From: Hypanus sabinus
Taxonomy: Eukaryota
DNA: 64,000 nucleotides
Direction: 5' to 3'
Assembly: GCF_030144855.1 (NCBI RefSeq)
Contig: NC_082710.1
Coordinates: forward strand, 35,588,001 to 35,652,000
The notes under the pieces are model-generated. The model worked only from the letters and a program-made list of their open reading frames with translations, was not told where the DNA came from and made no database searches. This document shows, one piece after another, positions 36,253-49,800 of this stretch. A program made the translations under genes and the position numbers. Each line of letters opens with the position of its first letter. The first letter of the stretch is position 1.

Positions 36253-39040
36253 CGTCATCTTGGCTATCACCCAAGGTCGAGGATGATGGTCTTCATTCTG
36301 TTGATCATGGGGTTCTCAAGTGGCTTATGAGTCCAATCTTGGCTTTAAAGGTTGTTCCACATTCAGGACAGTTAGTTCCAGATGGCAGATCGGGCTTTGG
36401 TTGTTGCTGCCTCTCTTTCCATTTTCTTCTCTTTTCTTCTAATTCTGCACATCTGTTGGCTTTGAAAGTTGCTGTTCTTTCTCGGATGATGGCTTGCCAG
36501 AGTTTCCTGTCCTTGGCATTGGTTTCCCAATTGTTGATGTCAATGTTACATTTCCTCATGTTGACTTTTAAGACGTCTTTGAATCTCTTCTGTTGTCCGC
36601 CTCTTTTACACTTGCCTCCTTTAAGCTGGGAATAGATGATTTGTTTCGGCAGACGTTCGTTTTTCATCCGAACAACATGACCACTCCATCTTAGTTGGGT
36701 TTTGATGATGTAGGCTTCAATGCTTGTTGTTTTTGCTTCATTTAGCACTCTGACGTTGGTTCTTCCATCTTCCCAGCTGATATTTAAGATGTTTCAAAGA
36801 CAGTGTTGATGGAACTTTTCAAGTGCCTTCAGATGTCATCGGTATGTTGTCCAGGTTTCTGATGCATACAGGAGCGTTGGGATCACCACTGCTTTGTACA
36901 CTAACATTTTGGTGTCTGTTCGGATGTCATGATCATGAAAAACTTTTGTTCAGAGACGTCCAAAAGCTGTTCCAGCGCATTTAAGACGATGTTGGATCTC
37001 ATCATTAAGGTCCACATTCGAGGAGAGGTGACTTCCAAGATACGGAAAGTGGTCCACGTTTTCCAGGGTTATTTCGCCAAGTTGAATTGTTGGTTCTATC
37101 CGATTTGTCTCAGTTGGTGACGGTTGGTAGATGATCTGAGTCTTCTTGGAATTGATGGTAAGTCCAAGTTTTGTGTATGCACGGTTGAAGGCAGTCAGAA
37201 TCTGTTGTAGATAGTTTTCTGAAAGAACTGCAACACTGTTGTCATCTGCTTATTGGAACTCGATGAAAGAACACATGGATGTCTTGTTTTTGGACTTGAG
37301 ACGGGCAAGATTGAAAAGTCTTCCATCTGTTCTGTACACAATGTCAATTCCTGGGGGTAGGACATCCTTCATAATGTGGACAATTGTCACAATGAAGATG
37401 GTGAACAAAGTTGGGGCAATCACACATCCCTGTTTTACTCCTGATCTAACTTGAAAAGGCTCACAGTTACTATTGCTGACTATGACTGTGGCAAGCATGT
37501 CATCGTGGAGGAGTCTCAGGATTCGAATATTCAAATATCCATAGGTGGATAGGACATCCCATAGGAATTCCCTTGATACCAAGTCAAAGGCTTTGGTGAG
37601 GTCGATGAAAGCCATGTACAAAGGTTGAAGTTGTTCATGACATTTTTCTTGTAGTTGTCGCATTGTGAAGATCACGTCGATTGCTCCATATGGTCTAAAA
37701 CCGGCTTGTGTCTTCCAGAAGGATCTTCTCGGCTAAAGGCTTGAGCCGGTTGATCATGATGCGGGTGAGGATCTTTCCTGCTGTTGCTAACAGGGAACTT
37801 CCACGATAGTTTCTGCATTCTAATCAATTGCCTTTCCTTTTGTAGATGGTAACGATTGCTGAGTCTCTAAGGTCTGCTGGCACATCTTCATTTATCCAGA
37901 TCTTGATGAGAAGTTGATGCAGTTGATAATGAAGCAGGTTACCTCCAATTTTGTACGCGATGGTATTCCATCGAGTCCAGCGGCCTTGGTGTTTTTCAAG
38001 GTTTTGATGGCTTCCCTAACTTCTTCCAGTGTTGGTATTCTGTTTAGGGAGTCATCAACAGGGCTGTTTTGGAATGTTGTTAATCACATTCCTGTCAAAT
38101 GAGACAGTTTGATTTAGAAGATCTTCAAAGTGTTCATCAATTCATTTAGAATTGATGTCAGCATTGCTCTTCAGGATGGTTGAACTATCTTTGTTTTTGA
38201 GAGGGGCTTGGCCGTGAGTGGATGGGCCAAAAATAGCATTGAAAAAGCCTCGAGTGTCGTTGACATCTGCTAGTTGTTGGATTTCCTGAGCTTTCTTCCT
38301 CCACCATTGGTTTTTCAGGTTTCGGGTGCTCTTCTGGACTGTAGTCTTGCATTCCTGATAGCATTTCCTTTTAGCAGCCACCCAACGTGACCATGTCCTT
38401 TCCTCTGTTCCCAACAATGACAAGATCATTCTCTTGGGAGATTTTAATGCCACAGTCGGGAAAGATTATAGGCTCTGGACTGGAATAATAAGCAAGGAAG
38501 ATGTTGGTAAGGTCAACGCTCCTCACCAAATGTGCTGAACACAACCTGGTGATAACAAACACCCTATTTTGCCAGAAAAACAGGCACGAAGTCTTCTGGC
38601 AGCACCCACGCTCCAAACACTGGCACCTCATCGATTACATCATCGTACAATCTCAGGACCAACAAGATGTACTGATAACAAGAGCTGTTACTGGTGCCGA
38701 TGAATGCAGGACAGAGCATCGACTCATCTCGTCCATCATGAGAATGAAGATTTGGCCCATCAGGAAACACCAAAATCAGAACGATATTAGGAAATTTAAT
38801 GCTGACCTCTTTCAAGACATCAACCATGCATAGAAGTTCCAACAAAATCTTCAAGAACAACTGCCTCAACAAATCCCACCATCTGTAGAAGAACACTGAA
38901 ATCAATTGAAGAATGCTATCATCACCTCCTGTAAAGAAACAATTGGGTTCAAGATGAAAAAACATCAGGATTGGCTCGATGATAACGACAAACTACTCCA
39001 ACAACTCATCGATGAAAAGAGAAAAGCTTTCATTACCGTA
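36253..39040 (-). mobile_element. RTE-clade LINE with inverted 5' segment (38380-39040 on the plus strand)
   Basis: Perfect TSD CAATCTATCT at 36243-36252 and 39041-39050; minus-strand RT (FIDLTKAFD, GVKQGCVIAPTLF) and C-terminal CPECG...IGLISHLR; plus-strand APE (ILLGDFNATVG, HWHLIDYII). Confidence 0.92.
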
Positions 39041-39155
39041 CAATCTATCTATGCCTTTTATCATCTGAAACACCACTATCACCTTCTCGCCCTCCATTGC
39101 TTCAAAGAGATAAGCCCTAAACTCGGCTCAGCCTCTCCTCGTAGAATATGCTCCC

Positions 39156-42100
39156 AGGAGTCAGCGGGAGATGCTCAAGGAGTGAGTACTGTTTTAGATT
39201 CGCTCCGTAACCTTTACTTTTTTTAACCTTTGATCACCCTTATCCAACTTATTTTTAACTACAATAAAAGATTCTTGCTATTTTTTTAGAATTATCATTA
39301 AGAGTTTATTGTGAATTTTTGAAGATATGCAAACAGAAATGTCTCTTAGATCTAAAGGAAGAGAACCTGGGCGCAACCCGAACAGTAATGGAAAGAAGCA
39401 AGCTCATTTGCAACACACTGTATTAACTTATGAACTGCTTATGGAGGTTTTGGATAAAAAATTTGATGAACTACAACAAATTTTTAAACAAGATATAAAG
39501 GCTTTTCAAGATTATATGGTTAAGACGGATTCAGTAATTAACCAGCAGCAAGTTCTTATCGCATCTCTGCAAGAAGACACTCGGAAACGAGAGTTGACAA
39601 TTGAAAAATTGCAACAGGATTTAATTTCGACCACTAAATTGGTGGAAACTCTTAAAGCCAAGAGTGTCGACTTTGAGAATCGGTCCAGAAGACAGAACCT
39701 ACATTTACTTGGTCTCCAGACGGCATAGAAAAAGACGACCCTTCAAAATATTTTGCTCAACTTTTAAAAGGTGCGTTTCCGTCGGTTTTTCCAAATAACC
39801 CTCCGTTACTTGATTGCGCACATAGAATTTGGCGTCGATCATTGAGTGCTCCAGCTAAACCTTCGGTTGTAATTGTCCGGTTTCATTATGTATACGACAA
39901 AGAACAACTTATTCGTGTGGCTCGGTGGGTAGGAATGGTTAAATTTCAAGATTACTATTTCCGTTTGGTTGAAGATTTAGTCCTGAAGTTATGAGGAAAA
40001 GGCTTCGTTTTAAAACTCTGATGTCTGAATGTTATGAGAAAAATCTAAAACCTGCGCTCTTATACCCTGCGAAGCTTAGAATCTCTCCGCCGAATGCTCC
40101 ACGTCAGGTTTTCCTTTCAACATCTGAAGCGAGAAGTTATCTGGAGGAGAACTTCCCTACTGATACAGACACTAATCTCTAATAAATGAGTGATTCTGAT
40201 GGTGTAAGATGGTTTTCGATTCCTCAAACCAGATTTAGTCTCTGGTTATTGGTGTAGGTTTATCCTATACTTTATATTTAAGTTAAAGTGTGTTTTCGTC
40301 ATATTAATCGCTCTGTGTTATACACTTTAACCATTATACTATATTCTTGACTATTATTTTTGTTCCTTCGAAGGTGTATTCTTTTATTATTAAGATGGTG
40401 GTTTTTTTGAGAAATTTTTTTTGGTTTTGTTTAAGATGGCGGTATTTTTTTCTCTCGTCTTCTTCCTACAATGCATCGCTTATCATATGTTTTGTTTTGT
40501 CTGGGTTATAACCCGATTTATAAGCTTTTAGTGATTATATTTTTTTTTCAACTAAGTATATTAAGAAGTGTGGTTTTAGTATAGTGATCATAACTTTTAA
40601 GGTCGGGGTGGTTTTTTTTATATATATCCTTTATATACGGAGTGGTCTTCCGCTGATATGGGGGTAGAATTAGTCTTATCTTTTCCTTTTTCAAGCCACA
40701 ATTTGGCTTATTCTTGCCTTTTTCTTGTGGGGGTGGGGGATGGTCTGTTTTCTAATTTTATTTTTCTTTTACTAGTTTGTTTTAGTTTTTTCATTTGGGC
40801 TGTTTTTGAACTTCAAATATGTCTACGATGTCGTCACTTCTGGGTCCGCTCTTTATTTTTGTTCCTCTTCTGGGTGCATGAGTTTAAAATCTGGTTAACC
40901 CTTTTTATACCAAAGGGTTGATTTTAGAATTAGGGCTCAGACCATTAATTTTGTGTCTTGGAATACTAATGGTTTAAACCATCCAATTAAACGAAAGAAG
41001 ATTTTCAAAGTATTCCAAAGACTTAATGCTCATATTATTTTTGTTCAAGAAACTCATGTGAGGAAGGAGGACAAATATCACTTTTTTAGGTCTTGACGGG
41101 GTCAACAGTATCATTCGTATTCGAATGCCAAAGTAAAGGGAGTTTCAATTTTTATTGACTCCTCTATGGCATTTGTTCAACACGATATCTTTTCGGATCC
41201 GAATGGTAGATTTTTGTTAATTACGGGTTTACTTTGTAATAAAAAGGTTGCTATGGTTAATGTTCATGCTCCAAATGTGGATTGCCTGAATTTTTTAAGT
41301 CCTTATTTACTTCTTTACCTAATCTAAATGAATATAAGTTAATAATGGGTGGTGACTTTAATTGTTGTTTAAATCCTTTGATGGATAAATCTTTATCTAT
41401 TCAGACTTTACCCAATAAGTCAGCCACTTGTATTAACTCCTTTTTGTCTGATAATGGAGTTTTTGATATTTGGAGATTTCGGTATCCTAACGATAAAGAG
41501 TTTTCTTTTTTCTCACATGTTTATCATTCTTACTCGAGAATTGATCATTTTTTATTGACTCTTGTTTTATTCCATCGGTAATCGGCTGTAATTATGATAT
41601 TATAGCTATCTCTGACCATGCTCCATTAAAACTTTCTATTAAATTTACGGATACAGCTTCTAATGTTAGACAATGGCAATTTGACTCTCCCTTACTGCAA
41701 GATCCAGACTTTATTAAATTTATGAAGGAACAGATCAATTTCTTCTTTTCAACTAATTCCAATGATGATATTTCTTGCGGAACACTTTGGGACACTTTTA
41801 AAGCGTATATACATGGACAGATTATCTCTTACTCCGTTGGTTTGAGAAAACGCATTAAGAAGGAAACTCTTTTATTGGTCGATAAAATTAAAGAGATTGA
41901 CAAGAAATATTCGATCACTCCTAGTAAGGAACTTTACGAACAAAGGGTTGAACTTCAAATGGAACATAGTTTATTACTTACATTTCCTATTGAAAATCAA
42001 TTAATGAAAACCAGATCTGATTTTTATATACACAGTGATAAATCAGGTAAACTGTTAGCTAGTCAGTTGAAGAGTGCTTTGGTTAATCGTCAAATCACTA

Positions 42101-45100
42101 AGATTCGTCAGCAGAATGGAGATTTGACAGTTAACCATGATGAGATAAATAAGTCATTTCAAGACTTTTATACCTCCCTGTATCAATCTGAATTCCCACA
42201 GGATCGTAATACCATGTGTGATTTTCTTGGGAAATTGAATTTTCCAAAATTATCATCCGATGATCTTTCAATATTAGATACTTCTGTTATGGACGCAGAA
42301 ATCAAAGGGGTTATTTCCTCAATGAATTCTGGGAAAGCACCAGGTCCAGATGGGTATACAGTAGAATTTTAAAAATGTTTTTCCGCTACTCTTTCTCCTT
42401 GGTTATGCAGGGTTTTTGAGGAAGCGATTAGATTGGGGAATTTGCCACAATCTTTTTATAGAGCTTCTATTTCTTTAATACTGAAGAAAGATAAAGACCC
42501 TACTGACTGTGCATCCTATAGACCAATATCTTTATTGAATGTAGACTCCAAGATCTTTTCCAAGTTACTGGCATCCAGGTTTGAGAAGGTTTTACCCCAA
42601 ATTATTTTGGAAGATCAAACTGGTTTTATTAAAAATCGCTATACTTTTTTCAATGTTAGGAGATTACTGAATATTGTTTACACTCCTTCACATAGCTCTT
42701 CAGAATGTGTTATTTCATTAGATGCGGAGAAAGCATTTCATAGAGTTGAGTGGCCTTACTTATTTAATGTGTTGGAGAAGTTTAATTTTAGTCCGACATT
42801 CATTTCCTGGATTAAACTGATTTATCACACTCCAGTAGCCTCAGTATTTACTAATAATCAAAGATCTCCCTTTTTTCATTTATTTCAGGGCACTAGACAA
42901 GGCTGTCCTCTTAGCCCATTACTATTTAACATTGCTTTAGAACCCTTGGCAGTTGCCATCAGAGAATCACAAGATATTTCGGGTATTAATCGTGGGACAG
43001 ATATTCATAAGTTATCTTTGTATGCAGATGATTTATTATTATTCATTTCTAACCCCGGGAAATCTATTCCAGCAGTTCTATCATTGTTGGCTCAATTTAG
43101 TGAGTTTTCTGGGTATAAGTTAAATCTTAATAAAAGTGAATTGTTTCCTTTGAATAGACAGGTCCCAATTTATGGAAATTTACCTTTTAAATTAGTTAAT
43201 GACTCTTTTATTTACTTAGGAATTAAAATCACAAAAAATCATAAAGAATTATTTAGGTTTAATTTTTTACCCTTAATTGATCAGATTAAAGGTTTGTTTA
43301 CTAAGTGGTCACCATTATCTTTATCTCTGATAGGTAGGATTAATGCTATTAAGATGGTTATTTTACCTAAGTTTTTATATATTTTTCAAGCGGTACCAAT
43401 TTTTATTCCGAAATCTTTTTTTACTAATGTTGATTCAAAAATTTCCTCATATATATGGCAGAATAAAAATCCCAGATTAGGTAAAATACATTTACAGAAG
43501 ACAAAGAAGGAAGGTGGGTTAGCATTACCTAATTTCAGATTTTATTATTGGGCAGTTAATATTAGATATTTGTTATGTTGGTTGAAAGATTGGGATGGAT
43601 CTTCTGGCCCTCATTGGGTGAGTTTGGAAATTAAATCGGTACCAGTTTATGCTCTGGGTTCTATTTTAGGGACTTCTCTCCCTTTTGCTCTTTCTAAATT
43701 GCCGAAACGAATTGACAACCCGATAGTTAAACATACTTTATGTATATGGTTTCAATTTTGGGTTGACTCAATTCGTTTAAAATATTCCTATTGTATCTAA
43801 TTGCTTTTTCCACACTTCAATTATAGATCAAGCTTATTCAGCTTGGAAAACTAAGGGATTACTAAGATTTTCTGATTTATTTTTGGACAATTGCTTTATG
43901 ACTTTTGAGCAATTATCTGATAAATATAATTTGCCTAGATTTCATTTTTTCAGATATTTACAGATTAGGCATTTTTTAAGTACTGTACTTCCTACATTTC
44001 CAAATTTTGTGTCTTCAGATATTTTGGAGAGTTTGTTTGAATTAAACCCTTTTCAAAAAGGGCTTATATCAAAACTTTATAACATAATTATGAAGATCCG
44101 TTCAGAGCCCCTTTATAAGATAAAAAATGATTGGGAAAGAGAGCTTAATCTTATTATTCCTATTGAGAATTAGGATAGAATTCTTCAATTAGTTAATACA
44201 TCTTCTATATGTGCTAAACATTCATTAATACAATTTAAGGTCGTACATAGGGCCCATATGTCCAAGGATAAATTAGCTCACTTTTATTCTTATATAAATC
44301 CTATTTGTGATAGATGTCAATTTGAAACTGCATCTTTAACTCATATGTTTTGGTCATGTCCGCTTTTGAAAAAATATTGGAAAGATATTTTTGATATTAC
44401 CTCTGCGGTATTAAACATCAATTTACAACCCCATCCTATTACCGCAATTTTTGGTTTACCAATGATGGACTTACTGCATTTATCTACTTCCGCCTGTCGA
44501 ATGATTGCATTTCTCACGCTGACGGCTAGAAGATCTATTTTGCTGAATTGAAAGGAAATTAATCCTCCCACTGTATTTCATTGGTTTTCTCAAACTATGT
44601 TATGTTTAAATTTAGAAAAAATTAGAAGTGTTGTATTTGATACTTCTATTAAATTTGAAAAGATATGGAGACCATTTTTTCAATATTTTCATATGATGTA
44701 ATATGACCCTGTTCCAGGCTTATTTGATTTTCCAGCTTTAATCTTATTTATGTTGAGAGGATCGGAGTTGATGACACTGATGATTATGTGCTCTTATGAG
44801 ATATTATAGACAGCCCTTTTTGTTTCTTTTCTAGTTTTTTTTCTTTTTTCTTTTTTTTGCTTTTTTTTCTTTATTAGCTATTAGATTAGTAGTTTAGTTA
44901 TTTTTGCATAATATATTTTTTTCTTTTTTCTGTGTTTTTTTTCTATATTATATATTATGTAATACCTAGATTTACCTTGTTCATACATATACTGTATGGT
45001 TTATGTTTTGGGAAAACTCATTTATATTGTAATTATTGCTTATGTATTCTTTCATGTGCAATGGGAATTTGTATGTTTGTAATCCCTTTATTAATATATC

Positions 45101-45146
45101 AATTGTATTTTGTACTTATTATTAATGATAATAAAAAGATTGAAAG
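39156..45146 (+). mobile_element. Full-length L1-clade LINE, about 6.0 kb, inactivated by stops and frameshifts
   Basis: TSD AGAATATG(C/T)TCCC at 39143-39155 and 45147-45159; ORF1 39327-40182 (coiled coil, ENRSRRQNL); ORF2 about 40930-44701 with SWNTNGLN, QETH, GDFN, SDHAP, QGCPLSP, LYADD and CDRC..LTHMFWSC; AATAAA at 45130. Confidence 0.93.
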
Positions 45147-46296
45147 AGAATATGTTCCCTAATCCAGACAGCATCCTCGTAAATCTCCTCTGCACTCCCT
45201 CCAAAACCTCCACATTCTTTCTATAACGAGGGGATCAGAATTGAACACAATACTGCGTGTGGTCAAACTAGGGTTTTATAGAGCTGCAACATTACCTTGT
45301 GACTCATACTCAATCCTCCAACTAATGAAGGCCAATGTACCATATGTCTTCTTAACCACCCTATCAACTTGCATGGTAACTTCAAGGGATCTATGGATGT
45401 GGACCCCAAGATCCTACTGTTCTTCCAAACTGCTAAGAATCCTGCCATTAATCCTGTACTCTGCTTTCAAGTTAAATCTTTGAAAGGGTATCATTTCACA
45501 GTTTTCTGGATTGAACTCCATCTGGTACTGTACTTCTCAACAAAGCTCTGCATCCTATCCATATCCTGATGTAACCAACAACAAACTTCTACATATAAAA
45601 TTGAAAAGGATTCAGAAGATGAAAATGAATTTAGAATGATTTATAGATGAACATGGACAATAAACAAAGTTTCTTAAATTGTTTTGGTTCCTGCACATTA
45701 ATTTTAAAATTTAGTCAAAATCTTTTCTCTCATTGTATTAGGTATGAGCTGTCCAAGACTCCTTTGATGTGCCTTTGTTCTGATGTAACAAGTCTAAAAT
45801 GGTTCCAGTTTCTTCCACACATTAGTAAAAATCTGTCCATATTTATCACTAGTATTGGCAAAGGATTGCAGACCCAAAATATTGACTATTTCTCTTTCCA
45901 AGAATGCTGCCTGATCTGCTGAGTACTTTTCAGCATTTTCTCTTTTTGTTTCAAATTTTACCAATATATTTTATGGTTTTCTTTTCAATATATAATTTTC
46001 CTGGATTTCACCTGCAATTTCAATCAGTTACTGGGAAGTTTTCACAAACTTCTTTTAAATTGTTGACTACATTTTATGCTAGCATCAGACTTCTCCTACA
46101 GAAGCCAAGGAGTAAGCATTTCAAGTGTAAGACTGATGGTTTGTCTTACCCATTATCTCACCACGTGACCTCTCACTGCACCTCCACGATAATTTGATTC
46201 ATGACATGCTGATTTAAATTTACAGTACTTAGAAATTCACTTGCAAAGCCTGCCTTGCGTTTACTGAAATATAAACATAAGGCAACACAGAGAACT

Positions 46297-46700
46297 CATA
46301 GCATTACAGTGCAATCTCTGAACATAGAGCAGTACAGAACAGAGAAAGACTCTGATTGTTTATGCCTTTCATAAATATATATAGTGCTATCAGATTGTTC
46401 CTTAGCCTCTGATGTTCCACAGAGAACAATCCAAGTTTGTCGAATCTCTCCCTGTACTCTCTCATCTAGGCAACATCCTGATGAACCTCTTTTGCATTGT
46501 CTCCAAAGCTTCCACATCCTTCGTGCAATGTGGCAACCAGAACTGCACACAACAATCCAAATGTGGCCCAACCAATGTTTTATAGAATTGCAACATAACT
46601 TCTCCACTTTTAATAGTCAATACCAGGATCAATAAAAATTCGAATGCCATATGCCTTCTTACCAGACTAAGAACTTGTATTGCCAATTTCAGGGAGCTGT
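46297..46700 (-). mobile_element. CR1 fragment
   Basis: VMLQFYKTLVGPHLDCCVQFWLPH in ORF 46462-46767. Confidence 0.75.
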
Positions 46701-46719
46701 AGACTAAAAGATGACGCAA

Positions 46720-47075
46720 TAGACTCTCCAATATATACCTATAGTTTGTCAAAGTTTTAGATGACATGTCGAATCTTCACAAACTTCCAAAAAGTAGAGA
46801 CACTGCCATGCTTTCTTCATAATAGGTCCTCAGAAATGAAACTCTGAGGAATTTAAAGTTGCTGACCTTCTCCACAACAAATGAGGACCTTTGAGAACTG
46901 GTTCATGGATGTCTGGTTTCTTCCTCCTAGGTCAATAATCAGCTCCTTCGTCTTGCTGACATTGAGAAGTTGTTGTTCATTTTTTCATGGCGCCACTCAG
47001 CCACACTGTATCCCTGCTACAGTACATGCTGATTCATCACCACCTTTTATTCAGCCAACAACAGTGTTGTCCAAA
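46720..47075 (-). mobile_element. Rex1/Babar RT fragment
   Basis: LNVSKTKELIIDL and MSSKTLTNYR-type remnants. Confidence 0.55.
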
Positions 47076-47199
47076 GTATGTTTTTTAAAAAAAAGGAAAT
47101 TACTGACTGCAGATTGCAGAGAGAGTAATTCAGAAGTATATGTAGAAGTTTTGTAAGATGCCCGTAACACGTCGCTGTATTTCACCAGCACCATCTTGT

Positions 47200-48880
47200 A
47201 CAATAAGAGGTACAATAAGATAAATTAATTCAAATAAGTAGTGCAAAAAGAGATAGAAAAGTGAGGTAGTGTTGATGGGTTCATTGTCCATTCAGAAATC
47301 TGATGGCAGAGGGAAAGAAGCTGTTCCTAAATCTTTGAGTGTGCATCTTCAGGTTCCTGTACCTCCTCCTTGATGGTAGCAATGAAAAGAGGACATGCCC
47401 TGAGTGACGGGGATTTTTAATGATGGCTGCCACCTTCTTCAGGCACTGCTTTTTGATTGGAGTTTAGAACTTACTGTCACGTTTTACCATTCTATACAAT
47501 GTCCCCTCTATACCATAGAGTCATGCGACCAGTTAGAATGCTCTCCATGATACATCTATAGAAATATGTGTGTCTTTGTTGACATATTAATTGTCCTCAA
47601 ACTCCAAATAAAACATAGCTGCTGTCATGCCTTCTTTCTAATTACATTAATATGTAGGTCTCAGGATAGATTCTCAGAAATGTTGGGATCCACTTCCACT
47701 TCTGATCCCTCGATAAAGACTTGTGTTTGTTCCCTCAACTTCAAGTCCACAATCAATTCCTTGGTCTTCCTAACATTGAATGTAAAGTTGCTGTCAACCA
47801 GCTGATCTCTCTCGCTCCTGTACACCTCCTTGTCACTATCTGAAATTCTGCCAACAATAGTTGTGTCATCAACCAAGTTATAGATAATGTATGAGATGTG
47901 CCTAGCCACACAGTCGTGGGTGTAGAGAGGGCAGAGCAGGCGGCTAAGCACACATCCTTGAGTGCTGCAGTGTTGTCAGTGAGGAGGAGATGTTATTTCC
48001 AAACTGCACATACTGTAGTTTCCCAGTGAAGAAGTCAAGGATCCAGATGCAGAGGGAGGTACAGAGGCTCACAATTTGGAGCTTGTTGATTAGAACTGAG
48101 GGTATGATTGTGTTGAATGCGGAGCTGTAGTTAATGAACACCAGCCTGACATAGGTATTACTGTTGTCCTGATGATCCAAGGCTGAGTGGACAGCCACTG
48201 AATTTACAACCTCTGTAGATCTATTATGGTGAAAGGCAAACTGCAGCGGGTCTAGGTCCCTGCTGATGCAGTTGATTCTAGCCACAACCAAACTCTCAAA
48301 GTACTTAATCAGAGTCGATGTGAGTGCCACTCACGATAGCTGTTGAGGCACCTCACCCTGCTTTTCTTGGGCACTGATGATTATCACACTTTTAAAGCAG
48401 GTGGGAATCTCCTCCTCCATCAGTGAGAGATTGATGGTGTCCTTGAACACACCTACTGGTGGGTTGGCAAAAGTTTTCAAAGCCCTGCTAGATATACCAT
48501 CGAAGACTGATGCCTCGCAAGGGTTCACCATCTTGACGGAGGTTCTGACATCAGCCTCCGAGAAAAGAGATCACAGGGTCACTAGATGCATTAGGGATTC
48601 ACACAGTTATAGTTTTATTCTTCCTTACAAAGCATGCATAAAAAGCAGCTCATCTTTGAGTGAAGCATCACTGCCATTCATGGTTAGGTTTTGTCTTGTG
48701 GGAAATAATGGCCTACAAACCCTGCCAGTGCTGACATGAATTCAATTCCATTTCTAACCTCAATTGGTATTGCTTCCTTGCTCTTAAAATAGCCTTCCGT
48801 GAGTCGTACCTGGACTTCTTGTATAGTTCTGGATACCGGTCTTGAATGCCCCGATCTAGCCTTCAGAAGACTATTAATAT
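47200..48880 (-). mobile_element. Rex1/Babar LINE (decayed RT and 3' end)
   Basis: ALTST...LDPLQFAF...YVRLVFINYSSAFNTIIPS; PLYTHDCVA...VDDTTIVGRI...FNVRKTKELIVD. Confidence 0.85.
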
Positions 48881-49419
48881 CCTCTCACAAAGAGTAAAAA
48901 ATAATATAGCTCAAATCCGAGTTGCCCAGTTCTAGCTTTTTCTTCCACCAAGTGAACACCGAAGGGCAGCAGTGATAGGTGGGGCAACACCCCAACCCAG
49001 CACACAGCCAGCTTCGGTGTCTCCTTCATCGGTAACTGCAACAGTCAATTCTGAGTCTTGAGAGCCTTGTCTCCACAATAACCGAGGCAACACAGCTCCT
49101 CTGCTGTCAGTGAACCGGCTTGCAGTATTCTTCATTACCAATGTCTAACAGGGTCTTGTGATCACAATAAAGATTTCCAAGACAATTACTTGCACTTTTT
49201 TTTTGGATCACACACCACAGTCCAGCACCATTGCTATCCAGCAACTTGCTGATGGAATAGTCTTACAGTACTTGATGTTCTTAGTATCCAGCAGTGACTT
49301 ATGATCATAAAAGAGACATACAGGATGGACAAATACGTTTGATTGAGCTTGGAGTGGCCTTTGTGTCCAAGCATGCCACCATCTTACCAATCAGATAAGA
49401 CATGACCTAAAGGTTTTAG

Positions 49420-49800
49420 TTGTTGTCAGACCAAACATCAGAAAGGGGAAGAAATGTGAGTTAAGTGACTTTAAACATGGAATGATTATTTATGCCAGTT
49501 TTGAGTAATTCAGAAGCTGCTGATCTCCAATGATTTTCATGCACAATAGTCTATATAGAGTTTACAGAAAATGGTGTGAAAAACAAGAAGTATCCAGACA
49601 GTGGGCTGTTTTGTAGGTGAAATGCCTTGTTAACGAAAGAAGTCAGAGGAGAATGGCCAGATTGGTTCAAACTGATAAAGGAAGGTGACAGTAACTAAAA
49701 TAACCACTTGTTGCAAAGTAGAATGCAGACATACATCTCTGAATGCACAAAACATCGAACCTTGAAGTGGATGGTCTACAGCAGTGGCAGAGCACACACG
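49420..49800 (+). mobile_element. Tc1/mariner transposase N-terminal fragment
   Basis: Degenerate G.K..LSDF.HGMI...SEAADL and RSQRRMARLVQ sequence typical of the Tc1 DNA-binding domain. Confidence 0.6.

Larger units (their letters stand above)
35929..45590 (-). mobile_element. CR1 3' fragment split into three pieces (35929-36252, 39041-39155, 45147-45590) by RTE and L1 insertions
   Basis: CR1 tail at 35929; the sequence becomes contiguous once both inserts and one copy of each TSD are removed; HKVMLQLYKTLV in ORF 45263-45448. Confidence 0.8.

Noticed and set aside
42433-43800. Longest ORF (455 aa) as a host gene
   Set aside because: It is the RT domain of a frameshifted L1 ORF2 bounded by TSDs
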